Source: Bilabrum cf. latius (taxonomy: Eukaryota). Taken from it: a DNA stretch of 64,000 bases. Below the pieces are notes generated by a model. That model was not told where the DNA came from. It did not search any database and worked only from the letters and a program-made list of their open reading frames with translations. Of this stretch, positions 1-13,312 are shown piece after piece (the first letter of the stretch is position 1; each line of letters opens with the position of its first letter). Location: positions 1,054,001 to 1,118,000 of the forward strand of contig OZ237738.1 in assembly GCA_965178125.1 (NCBI GenBank). Direction: 5' to 3'. A program made the position numbers and the translations under genes.

Positions 1-278
1 TGCACTCGATCCATGCGACTGAAGGGCGATCTTATCCCATCAACCGGGTCTAAGGCTTACCCATTATGTTCAGGACTACTCATGTGCGGAGTTTCTCCGC
101 AGACTCTCCTGAATTTCGTCCACGAACAACGATACACGCGCAGGGTTGCTACCATTAAATATCTTCATCTTCTTCGGTGTGCACAACCAAAGGAAACCCT
201 TTGACGCTCACAATTACGCATACACGGCTTCGTTTGTACTAAAAGGGGGAGTCAATCCAGTTTGTGTGTTGAATTAAT

Positions 279-3032
279 ATGCCCTGGGCCCCGATTCGTT
301 CGCTACAGTGGCTTGCCCTGTCCGGCTTGCTCCTTGGCATAACCAGCGACAATCTTGCCCAAGGAATAGAGTGGCCTTCTTCGCTGTCTGACGTTACGCA
401 ACGTAAGATCGACAGCAATAGATTGCTTGGATCAGGTGTGATGCGTTCTTCATGCTGCCAAACGGCCGTGTGTCTCGTATTCTTGAGTATACCCGCAGTG
501 TTTCAACCAACGGACGCGAAAACCTGCCAAGCGCCAGGCTCTGGTCATTGGGATGGGCTGCCCCGAACAAGCATAGCTGCCAATATTGCGCCATAGCTGC
601 AGTGCGCGGCCCAATCTGCATGGTGAGCAGTTGATGGTGTGGACCAACGTGTAGATTCAACATCGCACCGCCGAAGCCCGTCGCGCCCTTTTACAGTCCA
701 TAAAGCCGCAGGGACATGAAGAGCCCGTTCACCGCTGTTGTGTTGCATAGCGTGTGGCCAGAGGCCGGAATCATGCTTACCAGGTCTATTGCAACTGCCG
801 CACTCGCCAAAGCTGGCGATGATCGCGAGCGCAGCTCGTTCGGCCAATCAGCGCCGGACCACATGGCCTTTGCAGCATTTGAGTGAGCCTGTTTAGATAA
901 ATGGTATGCTTGCCTATGATTCGTATTGTCTGTCTGGCCCTGTAGGACTCATTTTCTCCAGCTTCCATTTCGGGGAATGTCCACCCCTGTCTGCAACCAA
1001 AATCGCGCGGATGACCCATTAGTACCCCCAAACGAGCGCACCACATCCAATTCCCGTCCGCAGTGTGCTTCCTGGATCCACTGGAAGGCAGCAATCTCAG
1101 ACGCTGCTCAGGTTAGAGAGCCACCTGGCAACCGCGACCGCAGCGTGCGGCGGGAGCGCGGTGGTGGCGCTGCACGGAGCCGACAACTTGGGGCCGCGGG
1201 CGGCTGGCAGACTGGCTGAAATCGTGCTGATGTACTCGAGTGCATCGCATGATGGTGCATCCAGTGAGAGTCAAAGGGTCAGCAGCTGGCAGCAAGGAGC
1301 TGGAGATGCTTGCCGCGTCGCGGCCGCTGGTGGCAGCACTAGGCTTGGTGATGGTGACGAGGACCCGTACGACGAGCAAGATTTGGAAGATGCTGATGCT
1401 GATGCTGATGCTGCATCGAGCTCTGGGTCGAGGCGCGCAGGAGCCCGACCACAGAACCGGGTCCTGCTGCTTCTCACTGCCGCTGCAGGCGCCGGCCAGA
1501 TTCGGCAGCACTACCATGCGATGCACCGCGCCGTTTTGCTCCAGGCTGAGATCAACAGCACAGTTACAGCGGCACGGGCCTCTTCTTCTTCTTCATCGAC
1601 CTCTGGCCTGGCCCCGGAGGCACAGCAGGCGCTGGCCAAGGCTCGGGATGATGCAGCGGCCCACCTGTCGGCACTGCGGGATTCGCTCCCGCGAGACCTG
1701 CACAGGGCATTCTGGGCCCAGCACCAGGCGATGCGGGAGGGTGGAAGCGCGGGGGCGGTCGCCTGGCGGCAGCTGGCAGGCCGGTCCCTGTCTGTCCCTG
1801 TCCTGACCCATCTGCCCTGGGCCCCCGCTGCTGTGGCGCTGGGACTGCTGCGGCACGTCGCGGACTCGGAGTCAGAATGGAGCCGGGGCATGACGAGTGA
1901 CAAGCGCGAGCTCAGGCGCTGGGACCAGCTGGACCTCGGCCCGCTGCCGATGGCTGCCTCGGCGCTGGGAGGGTACCCGTGGCAGCAGCTGGAGCGGGTC
2001 CGGGAGCATGGGACTAGCGGCGATGCCGGCAATAGCTCGGACAGCGGATATGGCAGTGTCTTCGTCACAGCTCTGCCACCGCCCTCCAGGGGTTTGACCC
2101 TGTGCTTCAGCGGGAAATGCGGTGACGGGCTGCCTTCCCCCTCGGGCACAGGGAGCGGGTCCGGGAGAGACTTTGTGCTGCGCGCCACGGGGGTATCTGC
2201 GGGGTGGATCGGGGCCGTGACTAGGGAGGGCGATGCGGTGGGGGAGGGGAACATAGGCTCGGAAGGTGCGGGGAGCAGCGGGGCTCGGTCCAGGGAACAG
2301 CACCGGAGGGTGCAGTGCAGGACAGGATCCCCGCTGTGCGCGGTGGCTGCTCTGGTGGAGCTGCTGCGGTGCGAGTTTCCTCCCACGCCTCGCAGCGACT
2401 CCTCTCTGTTCGAGGCGGTGCTGGACCGGCGAGTGGCGCGGGTGGCTTGGAGGAGACCAGAGGGCAAGGCGGCGTGGGTGGGTGCGATGGCGAGGGCGGC
2501 TGCAGCTCTGGGGGGTGAAGAGAACGCAGGTGGGTCTGGGTCTGGGTCTGGTGCTGGTGCTGGTGCTGGTGCTGATGAGAGCGTGCTGTCGGTATGGGGG
2601 GGCTTGGCTGGAGGAGGCGTTGGGACGGAGGGTGGAGTAGAGTGGTAGGCCGAGGGCGAGTTGGGGCAGTTCCTGAGCACTGTGATGCCCGCATTGGGGG
2701 CGAGCATGGGCGCAGGTGAGGGTGAGGCTGGGGGTGGGGGTGGGAGTGCTGGAGAAGGGTCAGGCGGTGGCGGCAATTCTGCAACTGCTTCTTCTGCTGT
2801 AGAGCTGAGTGAGCCGGTGGTGCATCTCCGAGCATGCGTGCAGAACGACATCGAGAGGAGGGACGCACCCTAGTCCCCGGTCTTTAAGGAGGACATCTGG
2901 TTCCCCACGCCGTTCGGGACACTCGTCCCAAAGGGGGTGCAAAAGGGCCTGCCAAGCGAGAGCTGTGGCAAGGTGGCGGCAATGAGGCTGCTAGACAGTG
3001 TGAAGGAGTAGTGCAAGAAAGGGGTCGACTGA
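279..3032 (+). CDS. Hypothetical protein with N-terminal signal peptide; weak resemblance to a degenerate torsin/LAP1-LULL1-type AAA+ fold
   Basis: ORF 1065-2648 reads on through TAG 2646-2648, 2871-2873 and 3009-3011 to TGA 3030-3032. ATG 279 gives a hydrophobic leader (LQWLALSGLLLGI). Probable 5' introns (GTAAG ~403, GTGAG ~623, GTATG ~904) are not resolved. ACGGSAVVALHGADNL and RVLLLLTAAAGAGQI recall torsin ACARSIFIFDEMDKM and KAMFIFLSNAGAERI. The start and exon structure are uncertain. Confidence 0.5.
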
Positions 3033-3180
3033 TCAGATGTTAGGAAGACGTGGTTTTTGCTTCGCGTGACTTGCCAAGTTGTTGTGTGTGCACGCAGCCC
3101 AAGTTAAGCATCCGGAGTCGAAACAGAACGGCGGCTAGGCTAGCCGGGCTTCGACCAGAATCCCGGCGAATAAATCAAGC

Positions 3181-4374
3181 ATGCAACCTCAGACTTACAT
3201 GCGAGAGCCAGTTGCCGCGGCGGCGAAGCAGATGAGTAGGTGGACTCATGAGCGGGCGCTCCACAGCCCGATCGCACCGCCACAATCAACGGATTTGAGG
3301 TATTCTGCGCTAGAGCGGCAACTAAAGATAGGTTCGCCTGTAGAAATGAAGCGCGCGATACTGAAGCGGACCGCCATTCGGCAGCGTGGTTCGCGTAGTG
3401 CGAATCTTGACAACTAGATTCGGGTTCACCTTGCAGCCAAGAGCAGAGCACGCGAAGAGCTCTTAGACCAAGCTTTGCCGGGGCTCAGAATTCCCGGCAG
3501 AACACAACAAGCATTTGACGATGCTAACGGCTCTGTAAACAGAGAACTGCGAGAGCTTGCGATGAGGAGGCGTGCGCCGTCTCCCGAGCGGGCCGAGGTT
3601 GAGCTCGCAGGCACTGCGGTGCATATGGCTCGCCGGATAGCTAGGATGCAGCGTCCTGAGCTCGAAGTTGACGAAAAGTACATGATTGAAGGAGGCTACG
3701 ACAGGCTCGGTCTGAATGGTGGGGCTCCGAGCTCGCCCATCGCGCTGCAAGCCGCAGCTGCGGAAACTACTGAATCCGCCAGCCGGCTGGAGCACGAGAA
3801 TCGCCGATTGAAAGAGTCCTACAGCCATACAGACAAGATTGTACGAGCAACTAGAGCACTGGAACAAACAGGAGACCTCCAAACCGCGGAGACCATTCTA
3901 TCCGGGACCCGTGTGCCGCTCGATGGCGGCTCGTGGAGCCCACGCACGACAGGCAGCAGCCGGCCACGAGCCGACAGCCCGTGGAGGTCCGGTAGCCCTT
4001 CCCTGCACTAGGTATCCGCCCAGAGCAGCAAAATTGTGATAGCGGGCGACACTCCGTCCATCACGCAGAAGCAGGCGGTCGCTCGCCAGCGCACGGCGGG
4101 AGTCGCCTCCCAGATCGAGGCCTTCGCGAGCGAGGCGCAGGGCCTGCCCGACACTGCCCTCGATTCAGACTCCGACGAGGAGGCGCGGCTACCTAGCGCC
4201 GAAGAGCTGCGCGCCAAGGAAGAGGCTCGTGCCGCCCAGCGGCAGGTCCCCAAGGTCGCACTCGTTGCTCTCAAGAGGGCAGTGTGGCAGCCGGCCACAC
4301 TGCAGGCAATGCGACAGACAATCCAGGTAGATATTCCCAAAGCAAAGGGAATCGGGCTGCTCTCTCATCTGTGA
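3181..4374 (+). CDS. Hypothetical protein (~397 aa)
   Basis: Three same-frame standard ORFs (3181-3417, 3475-4011, 4036-4374) join through TAG 3415-3417 and 4009-4011; ends in TGA. Confidence 0.65.
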
Positions 4375-4539
4375 CCGACCGCGTTCTATGCCTCGGATCC
4401 GACTCGGCTCCTCATCCAAGTGGTGGGGCAACAGGACGTGTGCTCAGACTGCACCTTTTGCAAATTTCGCATTGAAATTTACGTCTTGCCTCAAAGAGTG
4501 TTGCAAACACAATTCATCATTCTGCCGATGGGCGCCGCA

Positions 4540-7500
4540 TCACTGCTGCTGCTGCCCTTCACCGGCGGCTGCCTTGCTGTCTTCACCTCCATCCCCACTG
4601 GCAGCAAGCCTCTGGCCCTCCCTGTCAGCCTTGCCGTTCGCCTCGAGGTGCGGCGCCTTCGTTAGATATGCCGTGGGCATGCTCGACACGGTGGTCTGCG
4701 AGGCCCGCCACTTGGCCCTGCCTGCCGCCGCCCTGAGTGACCGCCCGATGGCGGACTGCAGCAGCCTCTGCTTGCCCTTGCGCTTGAACAGGGGAGCAGA
4801 CCACCTGCAGTGGTACACTGGAATTGCACCGTACTTCTTCGCCAGGCTCATCTGGCCCACGGGATCACAGGTGAAGGTCTTCACGTCCATCGTCTCCGAG
4901 ATGGCAGCGAAGGCCTGGGTGCAGTAGACGGACCCGGGAGGAGTGATTGGCTCGATCCGCGCCCCCCGGCTGGTGTGTACCCCGCTGTAGTTCCGCTTGC
5001 CCAGCACCGGGTCCACCACCGAGTGCACGGGGGCAGCGTGCAGGCTGATTCGGATGTTCAGGGAGGAGGGGAGCCCCAGCCTCTCCCATGGAGTGCGGGT
5101 CACCATGTCGCTGAGCATGAGCGCGAACTCGCCGGCCTCCTTGGGCCTGGGCCAGATGCAGGTGATCGCGTCGCCCCAGGTGTTCTGCAGCCGCGGCTTC
5201 TTCCGCTTGGGCATCGCGTCGATGAGTCGTTGCACTGCCCCGAGGAAGTGCTTGATGAACACGAGCACCTCAAGCTCTCCCAGCTTGGAGTAGCTCACCA
5301 CGTCTGCGAACATGAACGACGTTATCACCTGCCTGCTCATCACACCCCGGATGCTGCCGTCCAGCTCCAGGTCAAACTCGTTCGTCTCGGGGTTAAAGGC
5401 AGCCGCGGCAGCTGCCCGGTCCTTGGCGTCACTGAGGTACAGACTCTTGGGCAGGGTGTTGGTGCCACCGACGGTCGTCTCCGCCGCTTGCAACCCCTTC
5501 AAGCCCCCAGAATCTGCGCCTGCCACCCCATCGCCACCAGCTCCATCCTTGCCCTTGCTACCGTTCTTCCCGCCCTCGTCGTTGCCCAGCGGCTGCCTCA
5601 GGACGGGCACCAGGTCCAGTACGGACGGCGCGTCGGGGCCCACGGGCTGCAGCAGCGGATCGTCCTGGTCCTCCAGCACGTCCATCGTGATCTGCCGGGT
5701 GCGCAGCTTACGCGCTAGAGAAGCCAGGTCAACCAGCTGCTCCTCGGCAACCATCGCCCAGCTGAGCCGATTGCCCGTTACCCGGCGCTTCAGCTAGGCC
5801 TTCAACCCGCTGGCGGCATTCCCGCCGGTCGCCTCCTCTCCCTGCGCCCCGCCACCGCCACCGCCGCCGCTCCTAGAGCTCCTGGCCGAGCCCAAGTCAG
5901 CGGGGGCTGCTGGCGGGGGCATGAGCGCCTTCGCTCGCTGGGCCACCGACGTGGCCCCTAGGATGGACTTCCTCCGGCCCGCTGTGGTGAGCACCATGGC
6001 CGGCGGGGCCGCAATCACGTACTTGCCCGCGCACAGCGCAGCGGCGTCCGTGTTGGGCGCGAGGACGCTGTCAATGAACATGACCCGGAAGGGAAGCCCC
6101 TGCTGCACCCACTGCTCCGTGGCCGCTGGGGTGCCCGTCAGCACCGCGGCTGCATCTGGGTTGGTGTACTGCTGCGGTTCGCCGCTGGAACGTCTCTTCT
6201 TCCCCTTTGCAGCTGCGGAGCTGCTTGGCGTCTGCCGCGGTGCGGGTGGCTGGGCATGGACCACGGGTTGCTGCAGCACCGGAGGCAGCGAGCCGACCCA
6301 GGTGCGGCCCGGCATCGACTGCCGCCTTGGCCTCTTGCTGCTACCGGATGACGTTGGGTTTGCATCGACGAGGAAGGACCGGCCGGAGACGGCCCGGCCA
6401 GTGGAGGGCAGAGACGAGTCGCCGTGGCTGCTCACCCTCATGTTGTTGCTGCTGGCCACTGTGCGAATGGCAGGCAGCCCAGCCGTGATGGTGCTGCTGT
6501 TGCCAGCGCTCGGGTTAGAAGCAGCTGCCGCACCATTGTCATTACCCTCGCTGCCCTTGCTCTCCTCTGCCTCATCCTCATCGTCCTCCCCTTCCTCCTC
6601 GACCTCTTCCAGAGCGTCGTCCTCCTCGTCCACCTCAGCCACCGGGCTTGGGCCCTCCTCCTGCGCCCCCTCGACAGCAAATGACCGCGCGCTGGCTCCC
6701 CTCGACAGCCCCGCCCGCTGCCCCACCCCGCCACCCTGCTGCAGCATAGAGATGGCCTCCTCATTCTCTCCAAAGGGGTTGTGTGCACGGCCGTCGGCCT
6801 CGTCTGCGGCACTGCTCCCACCCGCAGGGGCTGCAAGCCGAGGCACAAGAAACCCAGCAGAATCGTCACCATCTCTCTTGCCCTGGCTTTGCACCCCACT
6901 GCTTTCTTGCAGGCTCTGCTTGAACTGACGCATGGCCCCTTGCTGCATGGCCGGGTCCATCTGTAGAAGAAAAGGGATGGCCCCGGTACTGCCCCGCCTG
7001 CCCCGAATCGGTGCAGGCGGCATGTGCGCACCGCCGCTACCTGCAACCAATGCGGACCCAGGTGCAGCCGCCCCCGCCCCGATCCCAACTCCCATCCCTG
7101 CCCCTGGACGGGCCCACGGCGCCCTCGCTTCCACGTTGCTGAAGGGCGTCCTAGCGCCCGAGTAGGAGGCTCCACGGGGGCGGCCTGCACCTGCCGCTGC
7201 ACCCGGCCTCTGCTCGTCGGTAGATCGCGCCGATCCCGGCGCAGCGGGCGCACCCACGTGTGCGGCCACCACCGCGGCCGACCGCATGGTCCCGCTGCTT
7301 CCCGCGACGAAAGGGGACGAGTGCCCCACCCACGGCCCCTTCTTCTTCCCAGTCGCGCGGGCAGCCTGTCCCTCCCCAGCGTCAGCCCACCTCCACCCAC
7401 TGGGTCCGGACTTGCTCCTGGCCAGCGCTGGCTCGTCCTTCTGCCCGCGGCTGCGACCGTGCGCCCCCTCTTCCCCGTTCTAAGAGTCGGTGCTGTCGCT

Positions 7501-10500
7501 CTCGAACACATCAGCATCGTATAGCCCGCCAATCCGGCCGCTGGCACGGCTGGCAGACGAGCCGCCACCCACGAGCATGCGACCTGCCGAGTCCCGGCCG
7601 CCCTCAACGAGCTTCCAGCCCTTGTCTGCACTCCCGTTGCTGCCCCCCGATTCTCGGCCGTCGGTCTGTTCTGCGCTGCCAGGAAGGCTGGGCTGCTCTT
7701 GCTGCTGCTATCTCGGTGACGCCTGCCCACTCTCGGACTTCTGCGCTTCATCCTCGTCGTCGCCCCAGTCTTCAGGATTCACCCTCAGCAGCTCTGGCTT
7801 GGCGTAGATGCACTCCACCCGCGTGCCCATGGTTTTCGCCTTCTTTAGAGCAAGGCCGTGCAAGAGCAGGCTGTTGTAGTGGCGGTTGGTCACGCTAGTG
7901 TCCGGGCTGAGGTCGTTCGCCACGTCCACGCGCTCCGCTGCCGATACAAGGTCCCTGAGCCTGCGCATGAGCGAGCTGGACTGGAGGATGCTTTCTCGCT
8001 GCACGCGCCCACCCTTGCCCCTCGAGGCCTCCGCCTGTCTCTGCTGCTCGTCTGCCGAATCCTCATCGTCCTCGTCCCTGTACGTCAGGTCCCTGCCCTC
8101 GTCAGCAACGTCCACGATGTAGGGCTCGGTGCGGTGGAAGCGCACGGCACAGTCCTGCAGGTGGATGGTCAGCGTCACGGGCACAACTAGGTAGATCTCG
8201 CCGCCCCGAGCCCTGACTTGCTCGAGAAACACAATGTCCGCTAGGGTCACACCGGCGGCAAAGCCGAACTTGCAGTCCACCTTGTCTAGGATGGATCGGA
8301 TCCTTCGCCTGAGGAGCCGCTCCGCCCCCGGTGCCGGCATGATGGCGCTGTGAGCCTCCGCAGAGATGAAGCTGACCACCGAAGGCAGATTAAACATCGA
8401 TCCGAACAAGCCGTGCGGCCCCGTGAGATCCCCCATCCCACCGCTTGATGCACGGCCAGTGGGCATCCCGCTGGACCTTCGCCTGCTGACCTTCTCGATC
8501 CCCTTGCTCGTGAGATCAAACCGACCCGCCCCGCTGGCAGGAGACGGAGTGATTTCTCGTGATCGGCCTAGCGGGATGCCATTCGAGCTCTCCATCCCTA
8601 ACCCGTTCGATTTCGCCCTCTCTGAGTCGAGCGCGATCCCGTGCCCGCGGGAACTCGTGGAGGCGATCCCACCGACGTTCATCACGTCGACCGTGGCCCT
8701 GCGGGAGTGCGCCCTGCCGCTGCGAGAGAAAGAGCTGTCGCGGTCGTACTCCGACTCATGGTACGTGCTCGAGTAGCCTTCAGAGGCCTGGAACTAGGAC
8801 GAGTCCTGCGCAGATGCCAAGCCCTTGCCACGGGCTGACATTTTCTTCTTGCGCTTCCTCTTGCCCCTCCTGTGGCTGATGATTGCCTTACTGTCTGCTG
8901 CACCTGGTGCGTCGTGCGGGGAACTGATAGTCGACGCCGCGTCGCGATCGCGACTCGATCCGTGCGTGCCTCTGCTCATGTTCCTCTTGTGCCTACTCTT
9001 CAGCTCCTTCATCCTGAGCCTCGAGAGGTCGGAGTCGACCGACCTCCGGCGCTTCTTCCCGTCCAGCTGCTCCTCGAGCGTGTCTGCCCCCCGCATTGAC
9101 TGCAGGCCGGGCACCGTGATCTCGGCCTCATCGTCCTCCTCGTCGTACTCTTCGCCCCCACCGGATCCCGCCGCGGTGGTTGCTCCACCAGACCCACCCG
9201 CCCCCGACACGAGCGAGGCCTGCATCACGGGGATGCCGTCCGTGCCCAACCGGATGGAGGCGGCGGGGGAGTTCGCCTTGGAGGGCATCACCATGGGCGA
9301 TGCAGTCACGTGGCCGCTCACGGAGGAAGCGCCTGCCCACGACACAACCGATCCGGCAGTCGTGTAGTCTAGCAGCAGCCGAAGCTGCTTCTATGTCGAG
9401 GCGATCTTGACCAGCTCGCCGTCGGCGCACTGTCTGGCTCGGTCGTAGAATGACGCGGCTATCTCTAAGCGCCCCAGGATTACGTTAGCCTCGCCCAGCG
9501 TGGCCAGCAGCCAGTAGGCCCCCGGGTTCTAGGAGTCGTCCGGCAGCCACCCCTTGGTCTCCCCCTCGCATATGACCACCACCTCCTCGGCGATGCCTCT
9601 CGCCTGCTCCCCCCGCCCTACCAGCAGGGCCATGGCGGCTGCGTTGATGCCAGTGTAGTAGGAGCTCCTTCCGCTCTTCTCGAATGCATCGAGGTACAGC
9701 TGCCTCGCCTCGTCCAGGCTCTTCTTCCTCATGTCCTCATCCCTCTGCATACCTGCCTTGTCCTTATAGCAGCGTGCCAGCAGACCGCCCAGCTCGTCGT
9801 CAAATACACCGTCCTCCTTCAGCTGCTTGAGGATCTTGATGGCCTTGTCTGTGCTGCCGCAGCGCGCCAGGGCCACGGCATGCAGCTGCCTCAGTCGCGA
9901 GGAGGCCCGGTCGTTGTACTGCTGCGTGCCCGTGTACAGGATCTCCTCGGCCATGAGGGGCTCTCCCCTCTGGATCAGCACGCTCCCGCAAGAGAGGTAA
10001 AACTCCAGGCTCCTGTACTCCTTCAGCGTAGCCTTGAAGAGCTTGTAGGCGTCGCTGGCCGTGCAGTCGGCGCTCTTCAAGTGCCGCAGGATCAGCCCGT
10101 TCGACACGTCAGAAGCCCCGTACCCCCGCGCCACGAGTTCTTCCACGTCGAGTTCCACCACCGCGGCCTCCGCGGAATCCACGCTGGACACGCCGTCGTC
10201 GTCATCATCCGCCGAGCCGCCGCCCTCGCCGATGTCAGCGACCGGGGGCAGGCCACCGCCGGTGCCCGTGCCGGCGCGGGGACGCATCCCTCCCCTCGCA
10301 TCACCCGCCAGCGCGCCCAGCCGAGAGCTGCTACTGCCCTTGCTTCCAAGCCTCGGTCGAGTTTGCTCCGCTTCTCGGGCCTCGGTGCTCGCCTAGAGGG
10401 CCGCGTGAGCCTCCATGGCGATCCCAAGAGCTTTGTCGCGAGGAATCGCGACGCTGTGCCGCATCGGGGGCCTCGCTGGCCTTCGAGGTGCTTTCGGTTT

Positions 10501-11282
10501 CACTCTAGGCCGCGTAGCTCCAAAATCTACTGGCCTAGAGTTGCTGCGACCGTCGGCTCGTGCCCCGTGCAGCAGCGGCTCAGACAAGCGACGGGTTCTA
10601 CTCGCTTTTGAGGGGGCTCGAGGGCGCGATTGAGTCCCAATCTGCTCAATTTCTCCATTTTCTGCCATGACGTACCTCCTTTCAAGTGACTGCGGAATGG
10701 GACGAAGGTGAAGGCGGCAAGCGGCCGAGCTGGGTTGTAACGGAAACGTTGGTCCCATCATGCATAGCTTCTGGTAAGCAGAGCAAAGATCATCCGCCAC
10801 CAGAAACTTACTTTAAATGATTGTTGCACATCACGGGCCATAGCTTGCAGGCCCTAGTGCTTTGACGGGAGAACGACAGGACCCTCCTGCCTGAATAGTT
10901 CTTGCCGAGTCGATTGCCAGGCATCAAAGCGCCATTTTCTCCTTTCCTGAGGAGTCATCAGCCGAAAATTAGCTGGAACATCCGTACGGGTAGACTAAAG
11001 CCCCGCAGGACCTTGTGAAAGTTGCCGAACGTCAAGTTTAGAGCGAGAACCAGCGCCAGACCCGCTCCCACCCGCAACCGCGGCCGGCCCTTTCGCGGCA
11101 TTTCGAGTCGGGCTCTGCTCTTTCGACTCCAAAGCACTCAAATCTTTGTGGATACTCCCATTGGTGGTCGTACGCGCTTTTCCGTCCGAGCTGGAGTGCA
11201 CCTCGGGCCCAGATTCTAATCCACTGCCCCCAACTTGATCATGGAAAGGCTTTACAGCGGCCGTGCTCTGCCCGCAACCCAT
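4540..11282 (-). CDS. Large class III nucleotide (adenylate/guanylate-type) cyclase with N-terminal MGC acylation motif, TPR-sensor (DUF4071-like) region and SLOG-like domain
   Basis: Starts MGCGQS at 11282; intron 10690-10811 (GTAAGT..CAG, phase 0); 9 in-frame TAG; TGA 4540-4542. TPR-S-like motifs: ELGGLLARCYKD, YYTGINAAAMALL, YWLLATLGEANVILG. SLOG-like segment: KFGFAAGVTLADIVFLEQVRARGGEIYLVVP. Cyclase motifs: FMFADVVSYSKL, NTWGDA, IRISLHAAPV, RGARIEPITPPGSVY. Confidence 0.85.
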
Positions 11283-11687
11283 ACTGATACTGTAATATAC
11301 AATTTGATCTTATCGGACCCTGCAGACAACGAGACTGGTCTGTGGAAGGCACACCCGGGCCAAGACGGTTGATCGCCGCTGGCAGCAGGCTGCTGAAACT
11401 GACCTCCTGTGGTCGCACGAAGGCCAGGCAAGGTTGCTTGATGCGCAACCCAAGAAAGGACACAGAAACGTATACCACGATATGCTCAGCTTCTGATCAG
11501 TGCGGAAGCGGCTTCGCGAGCTGTGCAACAATGGGGAGCCTTCCTTGCACCGCGAGGACCTTGCAGCTGGTGGTTGGCGCCGCGCTCAATCAAGTATTGC
11601 GGAACCAACTACCGCCCGCCTTCGCACATATCACGGATTCTGTGCAACATTAGATCTGCGGAGAGTTTTTTTGCCGATTGATCAACC

Positions 11688-12904
11688 ATGTCAAGTTCTC
11701 CTACCCCTGCGGAGCTCCGCAAGGCGATTTTCGAGGCATTGAAGGGAAAGGATCTCACGAAGACATCCCATCGCGTAATCCGGCACGCCGCTGAGGCAGC
11801 GTTTGGTGGGATTCATCTCCGCGATAGGAAGGAAGAAATTTACAAGTATATCGTAGAATTCGTAGAGAGCGTGAGTCCCCATGCGTTTCAAGAGAGCATG
11901 TTGTGGTTGGCCTCCTTTTTGAATCAGCTAGCTCGGCTTCTGCTGGTTTCCGTCTCTACCTCGCCTTTAACGCGCACGCTGCAGTCTACTACTGATGTAT
12001 TTGTCAACATTATTTTGCGCAGGGCGATGACGACGCAGGTGGCTCTGCATAGGTCTGGAAAGACCGCAAGCTGCCTGGCTTGAAAATCCCAATGGAACTC
12101 ACTCCGGAAATGTCGGCGTTTTGCGGGGAGGAGTACTTGAATCGATCTGACATCGTAAAGAAGATTTGGGCTCATATCCACGAGCAGAACCTCCAGGACA
12201 GCGAGAACAAGAAGAACATCAACCTCGACGCGAAATTGAAGTCCCTTCTTGGCAACGCCGGCGAGGATTCCATCGATATGGTTGAGATTCAAAAGCGCCT
12301 AGGCAAGCATTTGAAAGGCAGGGCCCCAGATGCTGTCGTTGAAGCTGCCACGAAGCGCTGGAACGATGAGCAGCGCGCAAAGCCCCCCAAGGCTAGGGCG
12401 AGCAAGAAGTCCTCGGCGAGCAAGAGCCCCAAGTCGACCGGTTCGGCCGCCAGCAGCAAGGCCGAGAAGAAGCCAAAGAAGAAGGCCCCCAAGGGATCAC
12501 AGCCCCCGACACTCAAGGGCGTGCACAAGCCCATGGAGCTGAGCGGCAAGCTGGAGGCTGTGGTGCACGCGAAGCACCTGTCCAGGCCACAGGTTGTCAA
12601 GGGCCTCTGGAACTACATCAGGGAACACAGCCTGCAGGACCCGGAGAACAAGCGTACGATCAAATGCGACGACAAGCTTAAGGCGGTCTTCGAGCAGGAC
12701 ACGGTGCAGATGTTCGAGATGAGCAAGCTGGTGGCCAAGCACCTGCTCAAGCCCTCGCCCCCGGACGAAGCCCAGCGCATCCTCGAGGAGGCCACCAAGG
12801 CCTGGAGGGAGGAATTCCCGCAGTACGCTGCTGAGCACGACGCGAAGAATGGGGGGGCGGCCACTGGGGGCGCAGCTGACGCCGAGGCTGGAGACGACGA
12901 ATGA
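11688..12904 (+). CDS. DEK-C plus two SWIB/MDM2 domain protein (UAF30/Spp27-like)
   Basis: Exon 1 11688-11870 is DEK-C-like; intron 11871-12022 (GTGAGT..CAG); in-frame TAG 12050-12052. Two SWIB repeats: RSDIVKKIWAHIHEQNLQDSENKKNI and RPQVVKGLWNYIREHSLQDPENKRTIKCDDKL. Ends in TGA. Confidence 0.88.
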
Positions 12905-13312
12905 GCTATCGAGCAAGTGAGCGTGCAGCACGGCAGCAACCCACCGAGCAACGCGGCACGCTGCCATCGAATTGAGGGCGCGCTCTGGAGTAAGCAGGTC
13001 AAGCTCGAGAATTTTTTGTGGACAACCAGCCTTGATGGAAGCTTTCGTAAAAAATAAAAGCAACGCAACGTATCCAAGGATGCAATCATCTCCTTGCCGA
13101 ACACCCACATGAACGGGCATGCAAAGTCGTCACACAGCCGTGGCTGCGTGACGGTGCAGGCCGCCTCCACATGGAACAGCCGGCGTTGGATGGAACATAA
13201 TCCCCCGCGCATCCGTGCGCCAGAATCGCACTAAACGCTACAATGCCGCGGTTCCTTCATCAAAGCCTGGAGCCCCGCACTGGCAGTCACTCCTGCCCTC
13301 CCGCGCTGTCGC

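Noticed and set aside
1-278. Possible first exon of a minus-strand gene (MSSPEHNG then GTAAGC, ~84-62)
   Set aside because: Too short and cut by the window edge to support.
4540-11282. Bacterial contamination explaining the cyclase, histidine kinase and GlyRS
   Set aside because: All three use the same TAG code and are interleaved with core eukaryotic genes; the cyclase and kinase have spliceosomal introns and the cyclase and GlyRS have eukaryotic targeting signals.
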